DNA of 45,881 nt. Source: Bacteroidia bacterium (GTDB lineage: Bacteria > Pseudomonadota > Gammaproteobacteria > Pseudomonadales > Halieaceae). The notes beneath the pieces were generated by a model, which was not told the DNA's origin, did not search any database, and worked only from the letters and a program-made list of their open reading frames with translations. The translations under genes and the position numbers were made by a program. Every line of letters begins with the position of its first letter. The first letter of the stretch is position 1. Of the stretch, positions 11,279 to 21,194 are shown piece by piece. The stretch covers positions 1 through 45,881 of the forward strand of contig JBLFXU010000001.1 of NCBI GenBank assembly GCA_047609575.1. Direction: 5' to 3'.

Positions 11279-13396
11279 ATGCAAACCATAGATGCCCTCG
11301 ACATCACTCTTCGCAGTTACCTGAACGCCGAGCAGGCCAACCAGGTCAAGCGCGCTTACTTTTTTGCCGAACAAGCCCACTACGGACAACAACGCCGCAG
11401 TGGCGAGCCCTACGTCACCCATCCGCTGGCCGTGGCCAGCATTCTCGCCGATATGCACATGGACCATCAAAGCCTGATGGCCGCCATGCTGCACGACGTT
11501 ATTGAAGATACCGGGATAGAAAAGAGCTCAATAGGCGACCAGTTTGGCGAGCCCGTTGCAGAATTGGTCGATGGCGTCAGTAAACTGACCCAAATGGAAT
11601 TCGAAACCCTGGAAGAAAAACAGGCGGAGAACTTCCAAAAAATGGCACTGGCGATGGCCAGAGATATCCGCGTCATCCTGGTGAAACTCGCCGACCGGCT
11701 ACACAACATGCGCACTCTGGGTGTGTTGAGCAACGAAAAGGCCCGGCGCATCGCGCGCGAAACACTGGACATCTACTCGCCCATCGCCATGCGCCTTGGC
11801 ATGAACAACGTACGCATGGAGTTTGAAGACCTGGGTTTTAGCGTGTTGTATCCGATGCGAGCCCGCCGCATCGAGGCCGCCATCCAATCCGCCCGTGGTC
11901 ACCGCAAAGAACTGCTGGAGAAAATTCGCCAACAAATTTATACCACCCTGGAGCTGGAGGGCCACGCCGTTTCCGTGGTCGGTCGCGAGAAACACCTCTA
12001 CAGCATTTACCAGAAGATGAAATCGAAGAATAAGTCCTTCGCGGAAATTATGGATATCTATGCCTTCCGACTCATCGTCGACTCTGTGGATACCTGCTAC
12101 CGCGTGCTGGGCTGTATACACAGCATGTACAAGCCGCGCGCCGGCGCTTTTAAAGATTACATTGCCATTCCCAAAGCCAACGGCTACCAATCATTACATA
12201 CCGTAGTGATGGGCATGCACGGCGTGCCTATTGAAGTGCAAATTCGCACCCAGGAAATGGAGGACATGGCGAACAACGGCATTGCAGCGCATTGGTTGTA
12301 CAAAAGCGAGGGACAGTCTGCCAACGGCAGCCATACTCGCGCCCGTGAATGGGTACAAGGGTTATTGGTCATGCAACAGCAGGCGGGCAACTCACTCGAG
12401 TTCATCGACAGCGTGAAGATGGACCTGTTCCCCGACGAAATTTACGTCTTCACACCCAAAGGCCGCATTCTGGAATTACCGAGTCGAGCAACGCCGGTAG
12501 ATTTTGCCTATGCGGTACACACCGATGTTGGCAATGCCTGTGTCGCCTGCCGAATCGACAGAAGGCTGGCGTCCCTGTCGCAACCACTGGAGAGCGGCCA
12601 GACCGTAGAGATTCTGACCTCATCCGGTGCACGACCCAACCCTGCCTGGCTGGACTACGCCGTCAGCGCCAAGGCCCGCTCAAATATTCATCACTACCTG
12701 AAACGGCAAACACGGGAAGATTCGGTGACCCTGGGACGCAGCCTGCTGGACAAGGCGTTGGCCAGCCTCGGCAGCAGCCTTGATCAACTGACCGAAGCCT
12801 ATCTAGCGGACTTTCTGGCCGCCCAGCATTACGAGGCACTTGATGACCTAATGGTGGATATCGCCAGGGGCAGCCGCCTGCCGGCATTCACCGCACAACA
12901 GCTGGTCACACCCGAATCCGAAGGCACGCTGCGGCCTGTCGACGGCGACGCCAAGCCTGTTTCCATACGCGGTACCGAGGGCTTCATGCTGAGCTACGCC
13001 AAGTGCTGTCATCCTCTGCCCGGCGACCCCATTATGGGTTACCTGAGCTCAGAAAAGGGCGTGGTGGTGCATCGGGAACAGTGCAATAACCTCGGCGAAA
13101 TGCGCGAGCACAGTGAGCGTCTGGTCGCCCTGCGCTGGGATGACGAGGTCGAGGGCGATTACCCGGTGGAGTTGCGGATCGAGGTAGAAAACCGGCGCGG
13201 GATGATTGCGGTTATTGCCACACGCATCAACAGCATGAGTGTGAACATCGAGAAAATATCCACGGACAGCAAAGACTACCAGTTCACCTACGTAAATCTG
13301 GAGGTGCTGGTAGAGAACCGGGTGCACCTGGCGCGCATTATGCGGCGCCTGCGCAGCATCAAGCATGTCCTGAAAGTCACCCGAATCAAAAACTAA
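11279..13396 (+). CDS. spoT: Bifunctional (p)ppGpp synthetase/hydrolase SpoT
   Basis: Intact HD motif (LHDVIED), KLADRLHNMRTL, KANGYQSLHT, TGS (TPVDFAYAVHT), ZFD (KCCHPLPGD) and C-terminal ACT domain. Confidence 0.97.
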   Translation: MQTIDALDITLRSYLNAEQANQVKRAYFFAEQAHYGQQRRSGEPYVTHPLAVASILADMHMDHQSLMAAMLHDVIEDTGIEKSSIGDQFGEPVAELVDGVSKLTQMEFETLEEKQAENFQKMALAMARDIRVILVKLADRLHNMRTLGVLSNEKARRIARETLDIYSPIAMRLGMNNVRMEFEDLGFSVLYPMRARRIEAAIQSARGHRKELLEKIRQQIYTTLELEGHAVSVVGREKHLYSIYQKMKSKNKSFAEIMDIYAFRLIVDSVDTCYRVLGCIHSMYKPRAGAFKDYIAIPKANGYQSLHTVVMGMHGVPIEVQIRTQEMEDMANNGIAAHWLYKSEGQSANGSHTRAREWVQGLLVMQQQAGNSLEFIDSVKMDLFPDEIYVFTPKGRILELPSRATPVDFAYAVHTDVGNACVACRIDRRLASLSQPLESGQTVEILTSSGARPNPAWLDYAVSAKARSNIHHYLKRQTREDSVTLGRSLLDKALASLGSSLDQLTEAYLADFLAAQHYEALDDLMVDIARGSRLPAFTAQQLVTPESEGTLRPVDGDAKPVSIRGTEGFMLSYAKCCHPLPGDPIMGYLSSEKGVVVHREQCNNLGEMREHSERLVALRWDDEVEGDYPVELRIEVENRRGMIAVIATRINSMSVNIEKISTDSKDYQFTYVNLEVLVENRVHLARIMRRLRSIKHVLKVTRIKN

Positions 13397-13419
13397 ATCT
13401 TACCAGCAGGAGATGTCAC

Positions 13420-13803
13420 GTGAGCAACCGTGCGGTCATATCAACCCCAGCAGCGCCCGATGCCCTTGGGCCTTATTCACAGGCTGTTAAGTCTGGCAAT
13501 ACCGTGTGGTTGTCGGGCCAGATCCCGCTTGTTCCCGCATCAGGTGAACTGATTACCGGTGACATCACTGCCCAGGCAACTCAGGTATTCACCAACTTGT
13601 CAGCCGTGGCGGAGGCCGCCGGCGGTAGTCTCGACGCCGCCGTCAAAATCAATATCTCCCTGACTGACCTGGCGGATTTTACCGCGGTCAATACCGTCAT
13701 GGGGCAGTTTCTGCAGGAGCCTTATCCCGCTCGGGCCTGCGTTCAGGTTGCCGCGCTGCCAAAAGGCGCCGCTATCGAGGTTGAAGCCATTCTCTGCCTG
13801 TAA
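13420..13803 (+). CDS. RidA/YjgF family reactive-intermediate deaminase
   Basis: GPYSQAV, SGQIPL, PYPARACVQVAALPKGAAIEVEAI; GTG start after an AGGAG RBS. Confidence 0.92.
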   Translation: MSNRAVISTPAAPDALGPYSQAVKSGNTVWLSGQIPLVPASGELITGDITAQATQVFTNLSAVAEAAGGSLDAAVKINISLTDLADFTAVNTVMGQFLQEPYPARACVQVAALPKGAAIEVEAILCL

Positions 13804-13811
13804 GGCCGTTG

Positions 13812-14681
13812 CTACCCGGCATCCAGTAATTCCCGGTAACCCTGCCGGTAGTCGCTATAAATCAGTTTGTATCCGGAGTCACGCAGCGCAGCGTTACTGC
13901 AGCGCTTGTGACCCGCGCTGTTATTGCGGATTGGCTCCGCCTCGGCAACCCCAGCTAACGGATCAGGCTCCAGGCCCATCTGGTGCGCCAGCCAGCTCTC
14001 TACCTCATAGCGGGGGGCGGGCAGATCATCGACGCCAATGTAGATCGGCCTCAAAGCCTCTGCTGCGGCAGCCCGTTCGACGAGATGTGCCAAAAATGCG
14101 CCAGCGTCTTCCCGGTGGATGCGGTTGGTATAGCTGACAGGTGAGGGCGGACACAGCTCACCACGACGAATTCGCGACAAAAGCCGCCCGCCAGGAATGC
14201 CATAGATACCAGCAAAGCGAATGACAGATGCCTTGTGTCCCGACTGCAACAAGCGCTCTTCGGCCGCAATAATAGAGCGCGCCCAGGGGTCGCTTTGTGT
14301 CAGCGGGCTATCTTCATCCACCCAACCGCCTTCGCTCTCGTCAAATACACGGGTGCTGCTGGTCATAAAGATATGCGCCGGGCGATGATCACCCAAACCG
14401 TCCAACAAATGATCCATCGCCCGTGTAAATCCCACTTTGTACCCTTGCTCAGAGCGATCGGTGGGGTTAAAAATTGCCACCAGAAAGTCAGGCTGCTGAT
14501 CTGCCAGGAATGCCAAACTGCCAGATTCAGTATAATTTGCAGCAATGCCTGCGAAGGCGGGCGGCAACTTGTCGAGATTACGGCGCACACCGATTACTTC
14601 GCAGCCCTGTTGTGCCAAATGGGTGCCACAGCGAATACCAAGATCGCCACAACCGACAATGAGAACAGATCTGCTCTTCAT
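13812..14681 (-). CDS. NAD-dependent epimerase/dehydratase (atypical SDR, YeeZ-like)
   Basis: Rossmann VLIVGCGDLG, IRFAGIYG, YTNRIHREDA, KRCSNA. Confidence 0.85.
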   Translation of the reverse strand: MKSRSVLIVGCGDLGIRCGTHLAQQGCEVIGVRRNLDKLPPAFAGIAANYTESGSLAFLADQQPDFLVAIFNPTDRSEQGYKVGFTRAMDHLLDGLGDHRPAHIFMTSSTRVFDESEGGWVDEDSPLTQSDPWARSIIAAEERLLQSGHKASVIRFAGIYGIPGGRLLSRIRRGELCPPSPVSYTNRIHREDAGAFLAHLVERAAAAEALRPIYIGVDDLPAPRYEVESWLAHQMGLEPDPLAGVAEAEPIRNNSAGHKRCSNAALRDSGYKLIYSDYRQGYRELLDAG

Positions 14682-14691
14682 AATTACTTCC

Positions 14692-14716
14692 TACACTGGT
14701 TACACTGGTTACACTA
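14692..14716. repeat. 9-bp tandem repeat (TACACTGGT) x about 2.7 in the divergent SDR/oxyR intergenic region
   Basis: TACACTGGT TACACTGGT TACACTA read directly. Confidence 0.85.
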
Positions 14717-14744
14717 AGGTCCAAGCAAGCAGGACATACCAAAC

Positions 14745-15647
14745 ATGACTTTAACCGAACTGCGCTATCTTGTTGCACTGTCCCAGACAGGCCATTTCCG
14801 CAAGGCCGCTGAGCAGTGCAATGTTAGCCAGCCCACACTCAGCATCGCCATCAAAAAACTGGAGGGCGAGCTGGGCATCAGTCTATTCGAGCGCTCACGG
14901 CACAAGGTCGCCACCACAGCAACCGGTGAGCGGATCGTCGAACAGGCGCAAACGGTACTACAAGAAGCACAAAATCTGCTGGGCCTTGCCGAAATGGGCA
15001 AAGACCCTCTAGGCAGTATGCTGTCTGTAGGCGCAATCTACACGGTCGGCCCCTACCTGTTTCCAAAATTGGTTGCTGGCCTGAAAGAACTCGCACCAAA
15101 AATGCCGCTGTATATCGAGGAAAACTATACGGCCAACCTGCGCACAAAGCTCACCGGTGGCGAACTCGATGCCATCTTTGTCGCCCTGCCGTTCACTGAA
15201 ACCGAGGTCGTAACACGCTCGGTTTACGATGAGCCTTTTGTCGTGCTAATGCCCCAGGATCACGCGCTGGTAAAAGAAGACAACATCGATCCTGCAAGCC
15301 TCGCCGACTTCAGGGTTTTGATGATGGGAGAGGGGCACTGTTTCCGTGATCAGGTGCTGGAGGCCTGCCCGGGGCTACAGCAAAGTATCCGCAATGATCG
15401 CCTGCAGGGCCAGGCGATTATTGAAGGCAGCTCTCTGGAAACGCTGAAACACATGGTGGCCAGCGGGCTGGGCATCACCGTGCTACCTCAGAGCGCCGCA
15501 AATTTCGTCACCTATGGGGACCAATCGCTGGCCGTTAGGCCCTTCATTGATCCGGCGCCTTACCGCACCATTGCGCTGGCCTGGCGTGTCAGCTACCCCA
15601 GGACGGAAGCCATCGACATCCTCACCGATGCCATGCGCTCGCGCTGA
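14745..15647 (+). CDS. oxyR: Hydrogen peroxide-inducible LysR regulator OxyR
   Basis: LysR HTH (MTLTELRY...VSQPTLS); redox motif GEGHCFRDQVLEAC with both cysteines; oxyR-recG synteny. Confidence 0.92.
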   Translation: MTLTELRYLVALSQTGHFRKAAEQCNVSQPTLSIAIKKLEGELGISLFERSRHKVATTATGERIVEQAQTVLQEAQNLLGLAEMGKDPLGSMLSVGAIYTVGPYLFPKLVAGLKELAPKMPLYIEENYTANLRTKLTGGELDAIFVALPFTETEVVTRSVYDEPFVVLMPQDHALVKEDNIDPASLADFRVLMMGEGHCFRDQVLEACPGLQQSIRNDRLQGQAIIEGSSLETLKHMVASGLGITVLPQSAANFVTYGDQSLAVRPFIDPAPYRTIALAWRVSYPRTEAIDILTDAMRSR

Positions 15648-15651
15648 AGCT

Positions 15652-17718
15652 ATGACCGGTATCGCTAGCAGGTCCGTGCGCGAATTGCGCGGCGTTGGCC
15701 CCAAACTGGCAGAGAAGCTGGCTGATTACGGCGTTACGCTGGTTGAAGACCTGCTATTTCATTTGCCCCTGCGCTATCAAGATCGTACGCGCGTCACGCC
15801 CATTGCAGCGGCAAGGGATGGAGACGATGTCGTAGTGGAAGGCGAGATTCGAGCCGCTGATGTAGTTTTCGGTCGCAGACGCTCCCTCGTAGCAAGAATC
15901 CAGGATGGCTCCGGTACACTGACGCTACGCTTTTTTCATTTTTCTGCAGCTCAAAAGAGCAATTTGCAGTCTGGTTCCAGACTGCGCTGCTTCGGCCAGG
16001 TGAGGCGCGGCGGATCGGGTCTGGAGATGTACCACCCCGAGTACCGCCTGCTATCGGCAGACACAGAGCCCGTCGAAGAAGCACTAACGCCGGTGTACCC
16101 CACGACCACAGGCATAGGACAGGCGCAGTGGCGAAATCTCAGTGAGCAGGCGTTGGCTTCTCTGGCCAGAGAGCCCGCGGTTGAGCTGTTGCCCGCCAGC
16201 GACCGCTACCCCTTTCAACTCGACCGTGCCCTGAACTTCTTGCATCGGCCGCCGCCGGATGCGCCACTGGACCTGCTAAGAGAAGGCAGACACCCGGCGC
16301 AACTGCGTCTTGCACTTGAAGAATTGGTGGCCCACAACCTGTCATTGCAACGATTACGCGAGCGACAACAGCAAGATGGTGCGCCAGCCCTGGCACCACA
16401 GACACCATTGCTGGAGCGTTTCCTTGCTGACCTACCCTTTTCCCCTACGCGGGCCCAGGAGCGAGTACTGGGGGAAATCAGTGCCGATCTGCAGCAACCT
16501 GTCCCCATGCTACGGCTAGTGCAAGGCGACGTGGGCTCCGGTAAAACACTCGTGGCCGCCGGTGCAGCGCTGCACGCGCTGGGCAATGGTTACCAGGTAG
16601 CCATCATGGCGCCAACAGAACTGCTGGCAGAGCAACACTGGCGCAATTTCAGCGAATGGTTCGAACCGCTTGGCATCAGCATGGAGTGGCTAACTGGACG
16701 CATCAAGGGCAAAGCCAGGGCAGGCGCGCTGGCGCGCATTGCCGGTGGCGACGCCGGTCTGGTGATAGGCACCCATGCCCTGTTTCAGGATGATGTGGCA
16801 TTCGCGAGGCTAGGGCTGGTCGTTGTCGACGAACAGCACCGCTTCGGCGTACACCAACGGCTGGCCTTGACCGAAAAAGCAGGACCGGAGGTGGGTCGAC
16901 CGCACCAGCTCGTTATGACGGCCACCCCCATTCCGCGCACCCTGTCTATGGTGGCCTATGCGGACCTGGACTGCTCCATCATTGACGAGCTGCCACCAGG
17001 CAGGCAACCGGTAACGACTGTGCTGGTCGACAGTATTCGCCGCGATGCCGTCATCGCGCGTGTCGCTGCCGCCTGCGCCCAAGGCAGGCAGGCCTACTGG
17101 GTGTGCACTTTAATCGAGGAAAGTGATGCACTACAGGCACAAGCGGCAGAAGCAAGCGCTGCTGAACTAACGGAGGCTTTGCCACATTTGCAGGTCGCCC
17201 TGCTGCACGGGCGTATGAAAGGTCCAGAGAAGCAAGCAGTAATGGCCCGCTTTACGGCCGGTGAAATTTCGCTGTTAGTGGCTACAACCGTCATCGAGGT
17301 CGGTGTAGATGTACCCAATGCCAGTTTGATGATCATCGAGAACCCGGAGCGACTTGGACTGGCGCAACTACACCAGCTACGCGGCAGAGTCGGACGGGGT
17401 TCCGCAGCAAGTCATTGCGTACTGCTTTACCAAACACCGCTATCAGAAAACGGTAAACAACGGCTGGGCGCATTGCGTGAAAGCAGCGACGGCTTTTACA
17501 TTGCCGAGAAAGATCTCCAGCTGCGCGGACCCGGAGAAGTGCTAGGCACCCGGCAAACTGGACTGATGGCGTTCAGAATAGCGGAGCTGCCGGAGCACAA
17601 CCATCTACTAGACGATGTGCACGCCATTGCCGCGCAGATACAGCGCGAGTTGCCCGGCAATATCGACGCCCTGATTCAACGCTGGACGGGTAGCGCGGAA
17701 CAGTACGCCAAGGTTTAA
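15652..17718 (+). CDS. recG: ATP-dependent DNA helicase RecG
   Basis: LLFHLPLRYQDR, QGDVGSGKT, DEQHRFGV, MTATPIPRTL, QLRGRVGRG. Start at ATG 15652 just after the oxyR stop. Confidence 0.97.
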   Translation: MTGIASRSVRELRGVGPKLAEKLADYGVTLVEDLLFHLPLRYQDRTRVTPIAAARDGDDVVVEGEIRAADVVFGRRRSLVARIQDGSGTLTLRFFHFSAAQKSNLQSGSRLRCFGQVRRGGSGLEMYHPEYRLLSADTEPVEEALTPVYPTTTGIGQAQWRNLSEQALASLAREPAVELLPASDRYPFQLDRALNFLHRPPPDAPLDLLREGRHPAQLRLALEELVAHNLSLQRLRERQQQDGAPALAPQTPLLERFLADLPFSPTRAQERVLGEISADLQQPVPMLRLVQGDVGSGKTLVAAGAALHALGNGYQVAIMAPTELLAEQHWRNFSEWFEPLGISMEWLTGRIKGKARAGALARIAGGDAGLVIGTHALFQDDVAFARLGLVVVDEQHRFGVHQRLALTEKAGPEVGRPHQLVMTATPIPRTLSMVAYADLDCSIIDELPPGRQPVTTVLVDSIRRDAVIARVAAACAQGRQAYWVCTLIEESDALQAQAAEASAAELTEALPHLQVALLHGRMKGPEKQAVMARFTAGEISLLVATTVIEVGVDVPNASLMIIENPERLGLAQLHQLRGRVGRGSAASHCVLLYQTPLSENGKQRLGALRESSDGFYIAEKDLQLRGPGEVLGTRQTGLMAFRIAELPEHNHLLDDVHAIAAQIQRELPGNIDALIQRWTGSAEQYAKV

Positions 17719-17919
17719 GCACCTCAATGGATACAGGCCTCCTGCGTTTTCTGCCCTCTTTCACACCTCCCACATCTCCGGCAAAGTAGTTCAGGCTTCT
17801 CGCCGCTCAGAAGGCTGAGACATTCGCCACAAGGCCTGTCTGTTTCTCGTATGCCGGGTAATCATGCCAGCTGGCCAAATGATTCAACCTAAGCCCTGGC
17901 TATCAGCCTCTGTAAAAGC

Positions 17920-17952
17920 AAAAAAAAGCCCCCGCGATGCGAGGGCTTCTTT
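17920..17952 (-). terminator. Intrinsic terminator downstream of the rubredoxin fusion gene (possibly bidirectional)
   Basis: A-run plus stem AGCCCCCGC-GAT-GCGAGGGCT with a T-rich right flank; the A-run gives a U-tail on the minus strand. Confidence 0.75.
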
Positions 17953-18003
17953 AGACTTTCCTTCTGCCGTCATCAGCATCAGCAACAATACTGCACCAAC
18001 TGA

Positions 18004-19374
18004 TTAACCCAAAATAGGCGGCAGTTCCTTCTGTAACGCCATCTTCTGCTTAATAGCGTCGCCCGTAAGCGCAAAGCCAAGCAGCTTGCCATCCGCATCG
18101 CGGAACAAGCCCGTAACGTTATTGCCGTCGGCCTCAATGCTCCACTCACCCTGAGCACCGTGTGGCGGCGGCGCAACGACAACCGGGCAGGCTGGTGTTT
18201 TAATCGTTACTGGCATAGCGGGATAAGTGACTTGAGTCGGCTCACCAGCGAGCGTTTTGCCAAGCGCCTTGGCTGCCGCCATCAGTGGCGCAACATAGAC
18301 CAGCGCATGGCCGTCCACCTCCGCACAATCTCCCATGGCGTACACATTCGCGGCACTGGTCTCCAGCAAGCGGTTAGTCACGATGCCGCGATTGGTGTTG
18401 AGTCCGGAAGCGCTGGCAAGATCCGTGCGTGGCCGCACACCAACAGCAGACACAACAATGTCAGCTGCGATGGTTTCGCCGTTGTTCAGCTTCACTACAA
18501 CACCCTCTGCAGATTTGTTCACTTCGGTGACCAATGGGCCGAAGTGAAACTTGGCACCTTTGCCTTCTAATGCCGCTTGCACAGCCTTGCCAGCCTGCTC
18601 AGGCAGCAACGTCGGCAGGCAGTAGGCCAATGGGTCAACGGCTTCTACCTCAAAGCCACCATTGATAAGGTCGTTGGTATATTCACAGCCGATCAGGCCG
18701 CCACCGATAATGCAGACCTTCTTCACCTTGTTCTTGGCAATTGCGGTACGGAAGTCTGCATAGTCCAGCAGATCGTTCACAGAGTAGACCCGTTCAAGGC
18801 CATCGCCACCGATAGGCGGACGAATAACTTCGGCGCCAACCGCAAGCACCAACTTGCCATAGTGGATAGCAGTCTGGGCATCGCCAACCTTGATCATCTG
18901 ATTAGCGGTATCGATCTCGTTTACCTTGGTCATAGTCCAGACGCTGGCTTTCAGGTTGCGCGCCATAGTGCCGGCATCAAACTGTGCCAGATCGTCGGCG
19001 GACTGGTCCCGGGTGTAACCGGTGGATAGCATAGGCTTGGAGTAGGAGCGGCCATCATCGGAGGTAATCAGAATCAGCGGTGTTTCCGTATCATGCTTGC
19101 GGAATTCCTTGGCCAGGCCATAACCCGCAAGGCCAGTACCCAGGATCACTACCGGCGGGTGTACCTTGTCGACCACTGGCTCTTCGTGGTGCGGGGTATC
19201 GTCAACCGTGGTTTCTTCCAGTAGCTCAAAATCTTCTTTGCCGACCCCGCAATCCGGGCACAGCCAATCTTCGGGTACATCTTCCCACTTCGTACCCGGC
19301 GCAATGCCATCATCTGGCCAGCCTTCTTTCTCGTCATAAACAAGGCCACAGACAATACATTCCCATCTACTCAT
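18004..19374 (-). CDS. Rubredoxin / rubredoxin-NAD(+) reductase fusion protein
   Basis: N-terminal WECIVCG...[16 protein letters not shown] rubredoxin, a short acidic linker, then GTGLAG (FAD), [16 protein letters not shown] (NAD) and GDCAE. Start at ATG 19374. Confidence 0.92.
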   Translation of the reverse strand: MSRWECIVCGLVYDEKEGWPDDGIAPGTKWEDVPEDWLCPDCGVGKEDFELLEETTVDDTPHHEEPVVDKVHPPVVILGTGLAGYGLAKEFRKHDTETPLILITSDDGRSYSKPMLSTGYTRDQSADDLAQFDAGTMARNLKASVWTMTKVNEIDTANQMIKVGDAQTAIHYGKLVLAVGAEVIRPPIGGDGLERVYSVNDLLDYADFRTAIAKNKVKKVCIIGGGLIGCEYTNDLINGGFEVEAVDPLAYCLPTLLPEQAGKAVQAALEGKGAKFHFGPLVTEVNKSAEGVVVKLNNGETIAADIVVSAVGVRPRTDLASASGLNTNRGIVTNRLLETSAANVYAMGDCAEVDGHALVYVAPLMAAAKALGKTLAGEPTQVTYPAMPVTIKTPACPVVVAPPPHGAQGEWSIEADGNNVTGLFRDADGKLLGFALTGDAIKQKMALQKELPPILG

Positions 19375-19655
19375 TTTGTTACTCGCTCTATTTTCTCTTT
19401 GTCCGCGCTGTGAAGAAGCCTTCTGGTTCGTATTGAACCCTCGAGCTAAATAAGGAGCCTTCGAGAGGCTGCCAGGCGGTTTTTTAGGCATAAATTTCGA
19501 GACGGAACACTATAGAGTTGTACGATAATTGTGCAAGGCTTTTCTCGCTACGGCAGTCTGGCAATTTACGCTGTACGCAGACTTGCATGCGGATCACCGA
19601 TAACGCATTCTCGGCCCTTTCCACTACTGCTGGCTCTCTCGCTAAAAAAGACTCT

Positions 19656-20276
19656 ATGCATTCCCCAAGAGCTATAGCTCGCGAACCGCTTTGGCAACCC
19701 GTGGAGCGCTTCACCAGCAGCGCCCTGCCGGGACAGCATCGTCCCTGGCTTACCGATGACGGCTCCTTGACCGCCAGGCTTGTGAGTCTGGGCCGTGGCC
19801 CGTTCAGCGTACAGCGCCTTTATCAGGGCTGGCAGGTGCCACAGCTATCGGAACAGCGCCTGCTGGACCTACCCCAACGTCAACTGGCCTTGATCCGCGA
19901 AGTAGCGCTACTGGTGGGCGGCACGCCGCTGGTATTTGCTCGCAGCGTATTTCCTGTGACCAGCCTTGAAGGACGACTGGGCCATTTACGCCGCCTACAG
20001 AATCGCTCTCTGGGAGCCATTTTGTTCCGCCACCCCGGGATGCAACGCAGCCCCTTCGAGCTTGCCCGACTACCGGGTGACAGTGCCTACCTACCCAACC
20101 ACCTGCATCAGGCCAATCCGGCCTGGGGGCGGCGGTCCCGCTTCGATATCGCTGGAAAGTCCCTACTCGTAAGCGAGGTATTTCTGCACGATTTCTCGCC
20201 CTGGCCCACTGTGCTGCCGGTACACCGCAGCCAGCGTGGACGGGTAAGCGCTGCAATTACCCGGCCAACCCAGTAA
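19656..20276 (+). CDS. ubiC: Chorismate pyruvate-lyase
   Basis: WLTDDGSLTARL, REVAL, VFARSVFP, SLGAILF, WGRRSRF, LLVSEVFL; upstream of ubiA. Start inferred at ATG 19656. Confidence 0.9.
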   Translation: MHSPRAIAREPLWQPVERFTSSALPGQHRPWLTDDGSLTARLVSLGRGPFSVQRLYQGWQVPQLSEQRLLDLPQRQLALIREVALLVGGTPLVFARSVFPVTSLEGRLGHLRRLQNRSLGAILFRHPGMQRSPFELARLPGDSAYLPNHLHQANPAWGRRSRFDIAGKSLLVSEVFLHDFSPWPTVLPVHRSQRGRVSAAITRPTQ

Positions 20277-20307
20277 GCTGGGTTTTTGTTTTTACTGCAG
20301 AGTCTTG

Positions 20308-21174
20308 ATGCCCAACACCTCCAAGATCAGTGCACTGCTGCACCTGATCCGTTTCGACAGGCCGATCGGCACCCTCCTGCTGCTATGGCCCACTCTCAGC
20401 GCCCTGTGGGTTGCCGCTCAGGGCAAACCCAGCGCTTACCTACTGGTAATTTTCGTGTTGGGTACTTTTCTGACGCGCTCCGCGGGCTGTGTCATCAACG
20501 ACTATGCAGACCGCAACATAGACGGTGACGTGACACGAACACAGAGCCGGCCTCTGGTGATGGGAAGAATCACCGAACGCGAAGCGCTGGTTTTCTTTGC
20601 CGTACTCATGCTGTTGGCCTTTGCTCTAGTGCTTTTTACTAACACGCTGACCATCCAGCTATCAGTAGTGGCCGTTGCGCTGGCCTACCTGTATCCGTTT
20701 ATGAAGCGATACACGCACTTACCACAGGTTGTTCTGGGTGCCGCTTTTTCCTGGGGTATTCCTATGGCGTTCGCGGCCCAGACGCAGGCGTTACCGGCGG
20801 ACCTGTGGTGGCTGTTTGCGGCGAACCTGCTCTGGACGGTTGCTTACGATACCCAATACGCCATGGTGGATCGCGAGGACGACATTAGAATTGGCATGAA
20901 ATCGACCGCCATTTTGTTCGGGCACTACGACCGTTTGATCATTGCCTTGCTACAGATAGCCGTCGTTGCCTGCCTGTACCAATTTGGACAAGCATTCGAA
21001 CTCGGGATGGTGTTCAATGTTTCGCTTCTGGCAGTAGCAGCACTGTTCGTCCATCACCAGTACTTGATCCGGAACCGCGACCCACAGAGTTGTTTTCGCG
21101 CCTTCCTGCACAACAACTGGGTAGGCGCCTGTTTTTTTGCCGGTATCGCAATCCACTATCTATCCACTACCTGA
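20308..21174 (+). CDS. ubiA: 4-hydroxybenzoate octaprenyltransferase
   Basis: RFDRPIGTLLLLWP, AGCVINDYADR, YDTQYAMVDREDD; multiple TM helices. Confidence 0.96.
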   Translation: MPNTSKISALLHLIRFDRPIGTLLLLWPTLSALWVAAQGKPSAYLLVIFVLGTFLTRSAGCVINDYADRNIDGDVTRTQSRPLVMGRITEREALVFFAVLMLLAFALVLFTNTLTIQLSVVAVALAYLYPFMKRYTHLPQVVLGAAFSWGIPMAFAAQTQALPADLWWLFAANLLWTVAYDTQYAMVDREDDIRIGMKSTAILFGHYDRLIIALLQIAVVACLYQFGQAFELGMVFNVSLLAVAALFVHHQYLIRNRDPQSCFRAFLHNNWVGACFFAGIAIHYLSTT

Positions 21175-21194
21175 TCGCCGCGTGATATTTTAAT

